The position numbers and the translations under genes are program-made. From positions 6,565,058 through 6,629,057 of the forward strand of contig JBNZDD010013718.1 of the NCBI GenBank assembly GCA_050575255.1: 64,000 nucleotides of DNA, in the 5' to 3' direction. Below are positions 13,030 to 26,100 of this stretch, piece by piece. The notes beneath the pieces were generated by a model. It made no database searches. It was given only the letters and a program-made list of their open reading frames with translations, and was not told the DNA's origin. The stretch is from Harriotta raleighana (Eukaryota). Each line of letters begins with the position of its first letter. Position 1 is the stretch's first letter.

Positions 13030-13145
13030 ACATTTCCATTGGTTAATGAGTCAGTATCAGGAGGGCATCAATTTAGGACTGTTCGTAAATGAGCAAATAA
13101 GGAGATTAGATTTTTTTTCACATACACTGTAGTTTGGAAATAGAA
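13030..13145 (+). mobile_element. CR1 LINE 3' fragment
   Basis: gagtcagtatcaggagggcatcaattta...ttttttcaca...tggaa, matching the CR1 ORF2 end motif also seen at about 22910-23010. Confidence 0.55.
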
Positions 13146-16115
13146 TAGCAGGAGCAGTGATTTTGGCAGAACCCACATTGGCCTACAAGAGGTAACTGGA
13201 CAAATACCTTAACAATAGTCAGCTGAAGGACTATGGGAAAGGTCAAATAAATGGGACTGAAAAGGTTGCACTCGAGGGAGCTGGCAGATAAGATGGACCA
13301 GATATTATATTTCAATGTTATACTCAACAGTAGGAGCTCACGAGGGAAGTATTTCTTCCCTGTTCAGTTATACCATTAGATTATGAGTCGGGGCACAAAC
13401 TTTGTTCTTGCAACTCTTTATAGGACCTGAAGAAACTGCTGCCTCCATCTGGTTGATCCCCAAGTAAAAATAAACAAAACTCACTCTGACTCATACTTGT
13501 CAGTGTTTTTTGCAAGATGGATGTCTAATTTCCCCAAGCCAGCAGTGCATAGGATACTGCATATGTAAAATTAAGATAGAAGGCAGAAAAGATAGGGACA
13601 AATATTAATTAACTTAAAAATAATAAATCAACGAATAGGAGAAAGTAGAATGGAGCAAAAATGAAACAAGGTGGGTACAGTACAGATTTTAACATTTTTA
13701 CTTTAATTGCTTTGTGTTATTTTAGGGGTCTGTTGTCTAATATTACAGTAATATCTATTCCTGTGATTTCAGTGCATAAATGCACAAGTTGAAAACAAGC
13801 AGCTTGAAACAGTGGCCTCTAATAGACCTCCGAGTACCCTAGAGGGTTAAAAGTCAGATATATAATTGTTGTGAAATAAGTTTGAAAATGTGCCGATGTT
13901 TACCTTAGGCAGCTAACCCTTTAACTGTAATCCTAAAATGCGTCTCCCTGTACTTGACACTGATCCCTCCCCCAAGGGCATTTAGGAGGTTGTTTACCTC
14001 AATTTTATCACTGCATTAATATAGCCGGGATTCTGATGTGAGAGCTTCCTTGGGCTCTTTGCTCCAGTCTCCTCGGTCTGTGCTCCAGATGAAAGAATAC
14101 TTCACTCACTCAGACAGATGCTGCCTATTTGCGGATCAATTTTTCAAGCTTGCTGGAATGAATATAACAGGTTCCCAGTCAACCAATGCCAACTACCCTT
14201 CACTGTTTCAGGCCTCAACCACACACCGCCCACATGCATGAAGCAGCACTCTTTCCTGTTGGGTTTAATTCAGGAATTTCATTTCAGTCAATGACACAAT
14301 CACAAGACAAGTACAATCACACAGGGTATTCACCAAGAAAAAGTTCAATGTAGTAAATTTGGGCAAAATACTTTCCAAACTGAAGTTGCTCAAAACAGCT
14401 GGACTGCGGAATATTTGAAAATTCTGATGTATGTGGCTGAAGAAAAGTTTCAAACTGGGCTTTTCAAAGTATAGTTTCAGTCACTCATGGCTTGATACAA
14501 TCAAGCAGGAGCCATAATTTTTTGCCATCCTGAGAGAAGGAGACATAGGTTGTTTGTCTATGGCTTGGCTCCCTACTGTACAAAGGTTCAATGAATTCTA
14601 GTATTAGACATTTTGCAGCCTTAAAAAATATCCAGAGAGGATCATGAGCACAGTAGCCATTTGTGTGCTGGGCAAACTGCCCGATGACAATGAGCAATTG
14701 TACCTCACTGAGCACAAATGTTGCACGGTATATGGGAATCACAGAGAATATGAATCTGCAAAATGCAACGATTAATCCCAAACCCCTTTGGGACGTGAGG
14801 AGACTATCTTATATTCACGAGGATCTTGTACCATATTTTGGCACAGCAGCTATGAAGGAAAAAAAAGATTAACTTTGCAAATTATCCTGCAGCTATATCT
14901 AAAAACTACCTTTGATTTCCTATTGAAACTGTTAAGGCACCAACAGTACCGGGTAATCTGGAATTGTTGAACTAGATTTAAGTCTCCCGCTATACAAGAG
15001 TAATGAACAGAACTTGGCTGCAAGAGGACATGCAGTACAATGCGGTGCATTTCAAACATTCCTACTAATGTTCATTACTCGTGAACTATGATTGTGCACA
15101 TCTGCAAAACAATAAAGAACAATGTAGACAAAGGCAATGTAATGGCCTATACCAGTATATGCAATTTGTGCATGCTACCTTTCAGTCTCTACAATGAAGA
15201 ATTTGTGCTTTTTATAGCCTTACATTTCTGTTATGCCTGATTAAATTGTCAAATAGTATGCATAAATTTACAGGGCAGCACGTACATTGATCTGCCTTTG
15301 CATCTGAGCCACGTGAAATCAGGATTTAATTTAATTAATTGTAGCAGAATATTTTTAGTAAAAGGGCAATAGGCATATAGAACAAACTACCAGCACAAGT
15401 GGCGACGGCAAAGAAACTACAAAGTAAAAGTTAAGTAAGTTTCTGTCAGCTGAAAGGTTCAGGGTCATTAGATTTAAACATAGATATAGAGAAAGAATCT
15501 TGCGGGAAATTGGATGGCTAGGCCTCCCTGGATTGTTCACTGGCAATTTGTTGCTGTTAATTGCACATCGTTATATAAACATTAAGAATTGCAAGTCCAC
15601 AGCCACCCCAATTACTGCTACAAATTGCAGTTATGTTGCACCTTTCATGTTAGGAGGATCCCTCCTAAAACACAAAATAATTTTTAAAAAACTATAAAAT
15701 GAACCTAATATTTTTAACTATTGATTTCATGCTTTTTTTTGTCGATTTTCAGGATTTCAACTATTTACTTTCATCTCAATCCGAAGTTATCGTTGGATTT
15801 GATATCACTTGTCATTGCTTGTTAATAAATATGGTGGAATAAGGTTTTTTTAAAAAAAATTCAGTCTGTTAACATCAAACAATTATATTCACCCACATTT
15901 TCACCCAAGTGCTCCTCAGCTACATTTCTGCTTCAGTTCAAAAAAACTAAATTTTAGAAAATTTAAATGAGATGTTAGTTTTTTTTAATGTCACAAGAGT
16001 GACTGAGTGATCATCTCTTAAATAACATTTAAAATATACTTGAAAGTTCTCAGGTCATCCTTTGGACTGTCCCGAGAGCATTCTGCAGAACACAGTGAAG
16101 TGAGCACAGTCCAAT

Positions 16116-16285
16116 TCTCACCCGCTGGGTGTACACTGCAGAGTGAATTGCACTGATCCTGAAACCACCTATTCTACATCGTGCCAGAAGCGCAGCTCCA
16201 ACCCAATTCCCGCTGGCTCAACCCCCATTTATACTGAGAGTTTGGCAATTCGCCAGTAAGAGTGCAGTATAAACACAGCATGAGA
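16116..16285. mobile_element. Imperfect inverted-repeat element, PIF/Harbinger MITE-like
   Basis: Arms tctca..gctgggtgtacactgca..gaattgc and gcaattc..tgcagtataaacacagcatgaga. Confidence 0.4.
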
Positions 16286-19200
16286 GTGTGCACCTGGGTA
16301 TCAGGTGGATTGTTCTATGTAAAGTCATGCATGTTATATGCGTTATATTCACGCTGCCTTGTTCTCCTGTTAATTTCCATGCACCTGTGAGAAGTGCCCA
16401 TGAGAAAGAGGAATCTTCAGTGAAAAGGGCCTTTCAATGATCCTGGGATTCTTAGTGGTACAACTGGGATGCTGTGATGAATGAGCTGGTGCAATTTATA
16501 GCTGCTCAGTTATACAGGACAACAACTTGATTCACAGGGCAACCTTTTTCCTTTTCTTTGATTAATGAACCCTCAAACTTAATCACCAACTTTCATTTTA
16601 GAAGGATAAAACTTTCAGAAATTGTTACGCTTGTACTTGAAATAATCAACAAGAAAGATTATCATCTGTTTAAACTTGAATCAAATCACCATTATGGCTA
16701 AAACATTTAAAAAAAAATCTTCAATATCTATAATTGATACTGGCGCAAAATTGTATTCTACCAATCACTAATCTTTCCATTGGTCAGCTGGTGTCTGATG
16801 CATGCAGAAACCCAGCATCATGCTTAGAAATATCCAAACCAAACTACGAGAGCTCCATATATAAATATATAAATGCCCATATTTCGGAATTTGCATTTGT
16901 CTGGAATGGAATACACACACTGTCCCTAATCTGGAAAAGTATTAGGCATGGGATGGCAAAAGCCAAGACCTGTGAATCCCAGAATGTTCATTGGGCTACG
17001 GCTGGAGTTAACCATATAAAACTGTGCAGCTTGCCCATTGCGAACACTGTCTGGCAAGCTTCCTGCTGCTTGTCCAGCTGAGACCACTCTAACCTTTAGA
17101 GTTTGGGCTAGTACTGTTAAGAGGAGTCCACTGGGAAATTCCCCAGTTCCCAATAACTGGCCTGCTCCTTCAGGTTATGCTGATTGAACCCAGGCTAGCC
17201 TTAATAAATTAAACAGACTCCAAAAAAATTATCCTTGTGGAATTCCCAATACATCCTCAACTAAAGTAAAATAGCTTGGAAGTTGATGTCATTGTTTGCA
17301 TTGTACCGCAAGATGCCCATAGATTCAGCAATGAATGTACATTGTCACACCCCCTAATACTGAACAATCTGAATGCTATAGAGGACTCTCCTTTTTACCT
17401 TGAAGCTTCAGCAGTCTCTGATTGTTTTCAGAAGAGGGTGGAATCAGTGGGAAGTTGAACAGCCCCTTGATAAACTGACATGAAATCATTTCACAAAGTG
17501 TCTGTGTCTCAGTCTGGAACCCAGTGAAATGGGTGCCGGGGAAAAATACCCAATTATAGTATTTTATTTCAATAGTCCTGCAATCTCCCATCCTATGAAA
17601 TTACAAAGGAATATATGTTGCCCCCAAAATGCTTTTTGTACTTAAAGGAGACACAGCTCTAATTTGTCTCTCTGTGATTGTAATTGCCAAGACGGTTCAT
17701 AGTTTTCTACAAAGTAAAGTGTTATGCTCAATATGTACTCAATAATCAACCACATGGCCTCACAAAGCACTTGTAAACACTATGGGTCAGTTGTAGACAT
17801 CTATTGGTCTTAGCTTCAGGTGAATAAAATCAGATCAGATCCTCTTCTAACTCGTCTAAGCTACCAGCCCCCTCACCACCAACTAGATAACACTCAAACA
17901 CATGTCGCTTTTCCTGCTGCTGTGGTGGAAGCAAAATTTGTGTCTGAGCTGTTGGTGGTCAAAANCATCATGTCGCTTTTCCTGCTGCTGTGGTGGAAGC
18001 AAAATTTGTGTCTGAGCTGTTGGTGGTCAAAACCCATATTTACCCCAATTCGTGAGATAACAGCATGCTTATGACATGACATTAACTTTGCTGCACCAAG
18101 TCAAACATTTTGGCCATCGTGTATCTGCCAGGCAGATTGGAATGTCAGCTTGTACACAGATACCCAATCCATGAGCACAGACAGCTCCCTACTGCTTGTC
18201 CATTTTGCTGCTTCAACAGGCCAAAAAGAAGCACAGCCTGCCGCTTTAAAAAAATTATATTTAGTTCCAGCACTGCGGTTGGAATTCTAAGAGTTACTGC
18301 AATAGCCAAGGTACTGCCCAAGGCAGAAAAAGATACAGGTGGAAAAAGTAAGGGGCAGGGTCAAAGAAAAGATTTATATTATCTACTGAGAAGAGGTAGA
18401 AGAATAATGCTTTTGCACTGAAGCAAAAGAAACAGCTGTTCACTTAGTAAAGCAATGGTCAGCATGCACTTGGGCACAAGACAGGTTGGATATAATAATC
18501 AAAGCCATCTGCTGATCCACGTTTGTTTGCCTTTGGGGTGAAAGCTGCCTCTGACCTTCACCAACTTTATACCTTTTCATTTCTACCTACTGCTTCTTTT
18601 GTGCTGTGCTTATTTCGTAGTTGCTTCCAATCGTCAAAAGCGTGCTGATATAAAAGTGTGCCAAATATGTAATATGTAAAACTGAAACACTTGATGCTAA
18701 CCTGACTATGATCATACAAACATATGTATATGCCCAGCAACTGAACCTGGATAAATTGCAGCGATGTTGCCATTGTTGATAATATTGAATGACCTTTAAA
18801 CTACTGTAGCAAGTGAATCATCATTTGATTCAAAGAGTCATCAGTTATTAAGATGAGAGTGATGAGATTAAGCTAGTGGTGTGAAACAGGATGAGATAAA
18901 GTGGAGAAATATATATAGGATACAGCTATTAGTATAGATAATGCTGAAAGCCAATACTCAAATAATGACAAAGGGTGTTAAAAATAATGCCAATTAATAT
19001 TTCAGTTGTCACAAATTACAGTAGAATATTATTGCAGACAATAAAATGTAGTACGATATTACTGTGGATTGTATGGTAAAGCAGGGATAACATATAACTA
19101 TAGGATTCTACCAAAGCAAATTGAATATGACAAAATAATGTGACTGTCGACAATGATGTTGAGCAGTGATATCCACCTGGAGATAAGTGGCTCCGAGGGG

Positions 19201-19599
19201 AAGATATAGCCCAGAAGGTCCAAAAAATTCCAATAAAATTAGAAATACAGACATGTTCAAAAATGTGCAAGCCAAAGTCCCAGTAGTAAGCCGTCTGAGC
19301 AAGTCCATTCTTTAGATTACACTTTTTCTTTTAATGTTGATAAAAGGTGAGAGGGTGACTGGATCTTTACCAGCGTTAAAAATCTTAAGATTGGACCAAT
19401 GGAAAACTCAAAATATGACGCATTCAAAGGTTTGTAAATGTACGTAATTTTAGAGAATTATGATACTGCACTTTAAAGGCTCAAATTGGTTGGCTAATTA
19501 AACAGAGCAAAATGACAGCACGACGTCTATTCCACACAAAACAAAATGATCAAACTCTCTTGATAGATCCCGAATCATACATATGAGAGACTGCACAAG

Positions 19600-19890
19600 T
19601 TCAAAGCCTGGACTGAGGGTGTTGATGTCAGAGTGTCAATCGGATTGCTCAAACTGGCATGAGGATTCCTTGGCGAGGGACAGAGGGGAAAATCAGCCAG
19701 GGAAACAAGAAAAAATCAGCCAGGGTTGCCATTCTATTTTTAGTGATCTATGTGAGATAGACCCCACTGTCTAGACATACTCTTGAAGAATGGCCACTGG
19801 ATAAGATGCTGGAGGCTTGCCAGCACTCAATGAACCATACACAGCAGAAGTCAGCAGCATCAGGAGAAGAGAGAGAGAAAAAATGGGAGA
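19600..19890 (+). mobile_element. AmnSINE2-like ancient SINE relic
   Basis: Motifs ggggaaaatcagccaggg, cactgtctag...tgaagaatggccact, gaaccatac..agca..agtcagc..caggagaag, in the order recalled for that family. Confidence 0.55.
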
Positions 19891-20144
19891 GGGTTAAAAA
19901 GACTATTAATACTTTAAATTGCCACTGTTGGACCCTTGTGGTATTATATGTTTAAAATCTCTCCTGGAATATGTGTTTTTACAACAGATCCTTTGCACCA
20001 GGTTCTGTTCAGAGAATAAAGTTCCCCAGGTTATGCCTTCCACATTTTATAACTAGCGCATACTCACTGACCACTGAAGGAAATAACTAAGCTTGAAAGC
20101 ATCTGTTTTAGTAACTATCGGAATTCTCTATAGAAGTCTTATGG

Positions 20145-20242
20145 ATAATAATAATCCTTCCATTTGATATAGCACCGCAGCACGTTTTCATAGAATATAC
20201 TGTAAAGTGAATTGACTGTATATTTTGTGGGCGAAATGCAAA
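20145..20242 (-). mobile_element. Chimaera-type SINE 3' fragment
   Basis: (TTA)n tail and body gtaaagtgaattgactgtatattttgtgggcgaaa shared with the full copies. Confidence 0.8.
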
Positions 20243-21099
20243 ATATAGAATATATGTTAGCTTTAATTCTGTGGGTAAAAGTCGACTCACTGAACCCGAG
20301 TGTGTAGCCCTTACAATTTTCTAAGTAGAAGTTCAATGAAGGTGATCAGACACATCATTGACACATGGAGCTGCTTAAAAACTTCACCGAGGAGCAATTA
20401 TTTTAGGACATTGTCATTGCCTTTCACACAACTAAGTGATTAAGGTTTTTAAGTGACAGTTCATTTTGTGTTAAATATTTGGGGTCTTTGATTTTCATCC
20501 TTTAGGATGAATAATCTGTGATAATCCACAAAATTAAACAAAGAAAGCAATACCTCTTTAAATACAAAATCAATGGCATTTTTAAATAGGCTGACAATTA
20601 ATTGCCTTTATCAGTCGGGTAATATGGACACCCATCAAAATGCTCAAAAGTATTCAAGCTAAACTACTGAGTTCGACATCTGCATGGAAACTTCTATTTG
20701 ACAGGTTTGGAATTCGCAATTTCTCCTCAATCTTCTGTATTCAGTTACATCTGCCAAGGGAAAAAAATACCTGATGAAAATCCTTCTTCATCCATTCCTG
20801 CCTTTAGGCAGATGTGCAATTTATTCTATCCAGCAAGGGCACAAGTCTCATTTATAGCCTTTGACTTCCCTTTAGTACAGCTTGAAATTTAAAGAAACAA
20901 CTTGATGTTGTAACAGGAAGGTGTTTGAATATACAGTATATAAATATATATGTAATATATATTACATATAAATAAAAATGTAATATATAACATTATAGAT
21001 AGATACACACACTTGTGGTCACAAATAATTAAAAATAACATAAAGTGCAGATTCGAAAACACATTTGTGTCTAGCCATATGAGATTTGGTAAGATTTAT

Positions 21100-21305
21100 T
21101 AAATCTTAGTGGATCTTTTAAAACCATTTCCTTACATTTTCCACATACCGCTCAATGCCTTTGTTTCCCAAGTATTTGCTTATCTCCCCCGCAATCGATA
21201 CACTTCCATCGCTTTCTGGGTCAGTGCATTCCACATTTTCACNCCCCCGCAATCGATACACTTCCATCGCTTTCTGGGTCAGTGCATTCCACAAATTCAC
21301 TCGGC
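21100..21305 (-). mobile_element. CR1 LINE 3' end fragment
   Basis: ORF RVNLWNALTQKAME...ISKYLGNKGIERY, typical of the CR1 ORF2 C-terminus. Confidence 0.7.
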
Positions 21306-21374
21306 TGAGATTGGATTGAGCAACATTCAGATACAGCCCTAACACTGTGCAATTAACCCTATTTGTAATAATGA

Positions 21375-21661
21375 ATAATAATCCCTGCATTTGATATAGA
21401 GCTTTTCATGTCTTCTAGGTGTCTCAAAGTGCTTCATAGAATATACTGGAAAGTGAATTCACTGTACATTTGTGGGCAAAACACTGCAGCCAATTGAGCA
21501 CAGCACTATATCACAAACAGTCGTGGATTCAAATGATCAATTCTTTATTGTTTTTTTCGAGGGATTATCAAGAGGTATGTGGAGTAAGGAAACCTGTCCA
21601 AGATTTTGTCCTGCCTGGAATCAAACCCAGGTCTCTTGTTTGCAATCACTGAGCTACAGGA
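21375..21661 (-). mobile_element. Chimaera-type tRNA-derived SINE
   Basis: Head TCCTGTAGCTCAGTG, Deu-like body and ATT tail. Confidence 0.85.
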
Positions 21662-22279
21662 AGCTAGAAAGTAGGATATATCCCTGTTAGTTACCAACTT
21701 GACCCTCTACTTTTCCCTCTGCCTAATAATAGAAAGTGGACAGTGACCACAGAACAGAACTCTGCATCAAAAGCTCATTGTTTTCAACTGTTGTGGCTTC
21801 ACAGCATCCCTAATATATACTGTTCAGTACTAACAATGGCAACTGCCAACCATCATTGATCAGGTAGTGCAGGTGCTCAGCAAGTCTTTAATCAATGTCT
21901 TTCTGCAAAGAAACAGGGGAAGAAAAAAACAACTTTGAAATAGATACTCAGTGAGGAAGAATTCAATGCTGTCAATGCTATCACAGTTGGTTTTGTCAAG
22001 GGGTATAATTTTGCACGCGTAAATGGAGTGGTTAATGTTTTCATTTGTATTATGTATTAAAGTGCAGAGCTGGTGCTGCAGAATTTCTGTGCGCTTCTTT
22101 CCGAAGGATCTATTTCATCGCACAACTGTTAGCGTTTGTCCGACTAGATTTTGTCAAGGTCAGCCCCAGGTAGTAACCACACTTGTCCCATATTTTCTAA
22201 GATACCAGCGAGGAGAAATAAAAAATGTGGAACCGTACTCGATTTGAGATTTTGTCTCCCAAAAAAAGGAAGAATGTCA

Positions 22280-23140
22280 AGATCATTTATATAAATGATC
22301 TGGTTTCTGGTATAAGAGGCATCATTTCTAAGTTTGCAGGTGACACCAAAATCGGGAGCATAGATAACAGTGAAGAAGACTGCAAGCAACTTACGAGGAC
22401 ATAGACAAATGAGTACTGAGGGCAGAGAAATGGCAGATGACATTTAAGAAAAGTGTGAGGTTATATATTTTGGGAGGAAGAATGAGGAGATGTATATGTT
22501 AAATGGTAAAAATTTTAAAAGGAGTAGAACAGCTGAGTCCCAAGGGATAATATACATAAATCTTTAAAGTTGGGAAGACAGGTGGACAAGCCCGTGAAGA
22601 AAGCTAATGGGTTTTATAAATAGGGCCACTCAATGCAAGCCTAAAGAGGTGATGCTTAACTTGTATAAATCATTAGCTAAACCACAGTTTGAGTATTACG
22701 TTATGGACACCCAACTTTAGGAAGGGTGTCAGTGCCCTAGAAGGAGTACAGAGGAGATTTTCCAGGTTAATATCAGGGATATGTTGTTTGACCTTTGAGC
22801 AGGCAATAGAACAACCTGCCCAATTTTCCCTGAAGTACGGAAGGTTTGGGGGCAGAACTAACAAGAGATCTTTGATATCACGAGGAGATAGTATTTTCAC
22901 TTGTCAGTGAATCAGTGACTAGAGAGCATCAATTTTAAATAATTTTCAAAGGAATACAGGTGAAAATTTTGAAGGTTTACACACCAGAGTTATTGGTGTG
23001 GAATATCCTGCCAAGAACAGTGGTCAGGACAAGATCCATTTTAGGTTTCAAGAGAGAATCAGACATGTGTGTGTGTAGGACCTGAATGGATAGCTCTTTA
23101 CGGAGAAGGTAGTTGAAAACACATTGAAAAGATGAATGAC
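22280..23140 (+). mobile_element. CR1 LINE ORF2 (RT) relic
   Basis: YINDLVSGIRGIISKFAGDTKIG (FADD motif region), W.P..RK..ALEGVQRRFSRLI, with frameshifts. Confidence 0.85.
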
Positions 23141-26100
23141 GGTTGACATAAGCTTCATGAATCAAAGTAAACTGAAATAATAATAGTTGCGTTTGATAAT
23201 AGTAACTTTGCCAGTCTCTGAGACTTCTCAAAGCGCTTCACAAAATATAATGTAAAGTGAATTGACTAAATTTTTGTGGGCGAAAGTGTCACTATTCTCT
23301 TGATGTTGGAAAACAAATAACTGTGCCTCTCCTAGAGATCGCAGGCATGAGCAGCAGAGGACTCAGTCTCGGAAACGTCAAATGTTTCAATCCCAGAATC
23401 CATCTGAGCTTGAATGAGCTTCAATCATTTTCAGATCAGTTTGCAGCCTGTGGAAAGAAGCCACTCCCTCAAGGCCAGGGTTATGGAAGCGGGGGGGGGG
23501 AAGGAGGGCTTGAGGGGGAGTAGATGTTGGCCCATTGAGTGGACAATCGCAAAAATTCAGCAGTGAATTTTCTGACAGTTATGGCCACAGAAAAATGCTT
23601 TACGTGAGATCTATTATTTGCACATTATTCCACCTGTTTTCAATTCCAGATGTTATTTTCTAACCTTTAAAAAAAGCAATCTGTGGTCCGGGTGAGGAAT
23701 TCACGAAAAACATATGTGTGATGAGTTAGTCCAGAATATGCAGAGGTCCAGTACCTACGTGGAACACTGATTAAATCTCTAGGTCAGACCTGCACACGAG
23801 ATAAACAGAGCCCCGTGATTAATTCTTCTTATTCAGGAAAACGCCATATCTATTAAATCTTTGGTATCAAAGCAAGATTGAGGTGACAATGTTAACTGGC
23901 AATGTAGAGGTGTGTCAACCATATTAGGTGTTCAGTGGCCTATTTAAAAATGTTCTGAATAACATGGTATTGGTAAAAGTAGCTATTCAACTGCAAAATG
24001 TGTGGGTGTTGTGCTTCTTTTCGAGAAACGAGAATCCAAATAATTTTAAAAGTTAAAAATTTGAAATTAAAAGGCCACATTAAGTGGCTTGAAATTAAAG
24101 AGGGAATTTATTCAGTGTCCGACCAGCAATCCACTCGCAAAAAGAAAATCTTTACCTTTAAAGTCTTCACCTCAAATACACACTTTGCACAAAATCTCTG
24201 TGAACTGTTTCGAGGTATTGTGATGTCCTAAGGAGCGAAAAGAAATGAAAGCAATCCTTATATCAGAATGTTGACCTCATGCCCACTGCTGTGATTGTAC
24301 AGAATACACACTGCATGAAGCTTTAATTAAGTGATTGACATGATAATTAGTCAACTCTCCGTCAAAAGCTTTTTGACATAAGCACAGTTGATCCAGCAAA
24401 GACAGTAGGAAAACTCATTTTGCTCAACAGTAAGACACAAATTCAGTATGATTATTATGACTAACACTACCACCTTGTGGTGATGAAGAGAAAAAGCTTC
24501 AGAAAAGTACAAATTCCATCAATCAAATGTTCCTCCAGCAAGGTTGTATACGAGGGAAGTATTTCTATTTTTCTGCGTATTTCTTATTTTCCCCTGTGCA
24601 GTTCATTCACCATTTCCGCCTGTTCAGCTTAATTTGTAAAGAAAAATTCATTAGGGCATAAGACATACAATGACAAAAGGGAATAGGCCCATTAAGCCCA
24701 TTCTATTCAAAGATCACACAAAATCCACTGATTTTACCACTACAGCTATTTCACTCAATTTGTGCATACTATCCCATCAGCACAGAACCACGGAATTTGT
24801 TCAATTCAATCAGTGTATATTCTCAGCCCCAGTTCTTGTTATTTTAACTTACTTTTCTTTAACCAACTATTTTAGAAAAAAATCTAAGTCTGATTTTGCC
24901 TCTTTTGTCAATATAACTAAAATTTGATGCCTGAGTGACAAAAACTCAGTATTTGACTAATTAATTTTCTTAAAAATGTAAGTATTTTAATCACGGCATA
25001 AAAGGTAATTTTGGATTGAGAAGGATATGTGTTTGCATATCAGGAATAGTTTCAATTTGTAGCAGTTGTTTGATCTAAACCATATTTGGCATGAGTATTG
25101 GTTGGCTGTAACCTGGGCATTGTTACATAATAATAATCTTTTCATTTGGAATACTACTTTTCATGTCAAAGAAACATAGGACACCTGTATTTAATAAGTT
25201 TGCAAAAGTTCCCAACAGACATTGTTTGTACACAGCAATTATCTTTGTAAATAGTTTTGCTTCAATTGTGCATATAATAAATGCATTTAATTAATGAACA
25301 GCTAACTGCACAGACTGGAATAAAGTTCACTAACCTTTATACAAATGCGTGTTGTTCGCATACTGTTGAACATTTCCTTTAATTAACAGGCAAGGGCAGC
25401 ATCGGGAGAAGGACGTGCTACCCTGAAGCACCTCGCCCCCTTCGAGGATGCATTCGTCCAGTTATTCAGCAGTGAGAGCAAAAAGGGACAGTGACTTCCA
25501 AACTGCTGGAGGCAGCAGTACAGATGGCGCTCAAAACAATTGCACCACAGCAAAATCCAGATATAATTGTGCTTTAGTGTAAGTAATGTGACAAGAATTA
25601 ACATGCACCATTAATTTAATCATCGTTACTCATGTAGTTACTCATGTACTCATTGCTTATAGTAAGTATAAATCGCAGGTACCAACCATATTGTATTAAA
25701 AGGTAGCCTGTCTTTAACATTTAAATCTCCAACATAAAACATGGGACAGATTTTAAAATGTGAGAGGAATGCACATGTACTTAAATCAAACTGCAAAGAA
25801 AAAAAAACATTCTTCTCTTTCAAATAATCCTTCTCCTAAAAATATATTTATACTCTTCTACACATCACTATAAATAATTCTGGCTCTGCTAAATTATTCA
25901 GTTTGCAAATCAGCATTATTTTGCCTTTAGCAATTGGTATGTTTTAATTTTCAGATTCAATAGTCAATATAAAACGCTTTAACTGTAATTGTAAAACTGT
26001 TACTGCTAATAGTTCATTCTAGGACTGAAGTTACAGACAATTTAGAGATATATTATTGATCAAGTTGAGAGAGACTTGAACTATTCATCTTTAGTTCCTG

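Noticed and set aside
14485-14781. 98-aa ORF with a WD40-like SFSQDGKKLW stretch
   Set aside because: No supporting repeats, partner exons or family motifs; likely chance
17901-18032. Direct repeats resembling a CRISPR or tandem array (also 21186-21295 and 33456-33575)
   Set aside because: Only two copies each, joined at an N with no spacers, in a eukaryotic context; these are assembly overlaps
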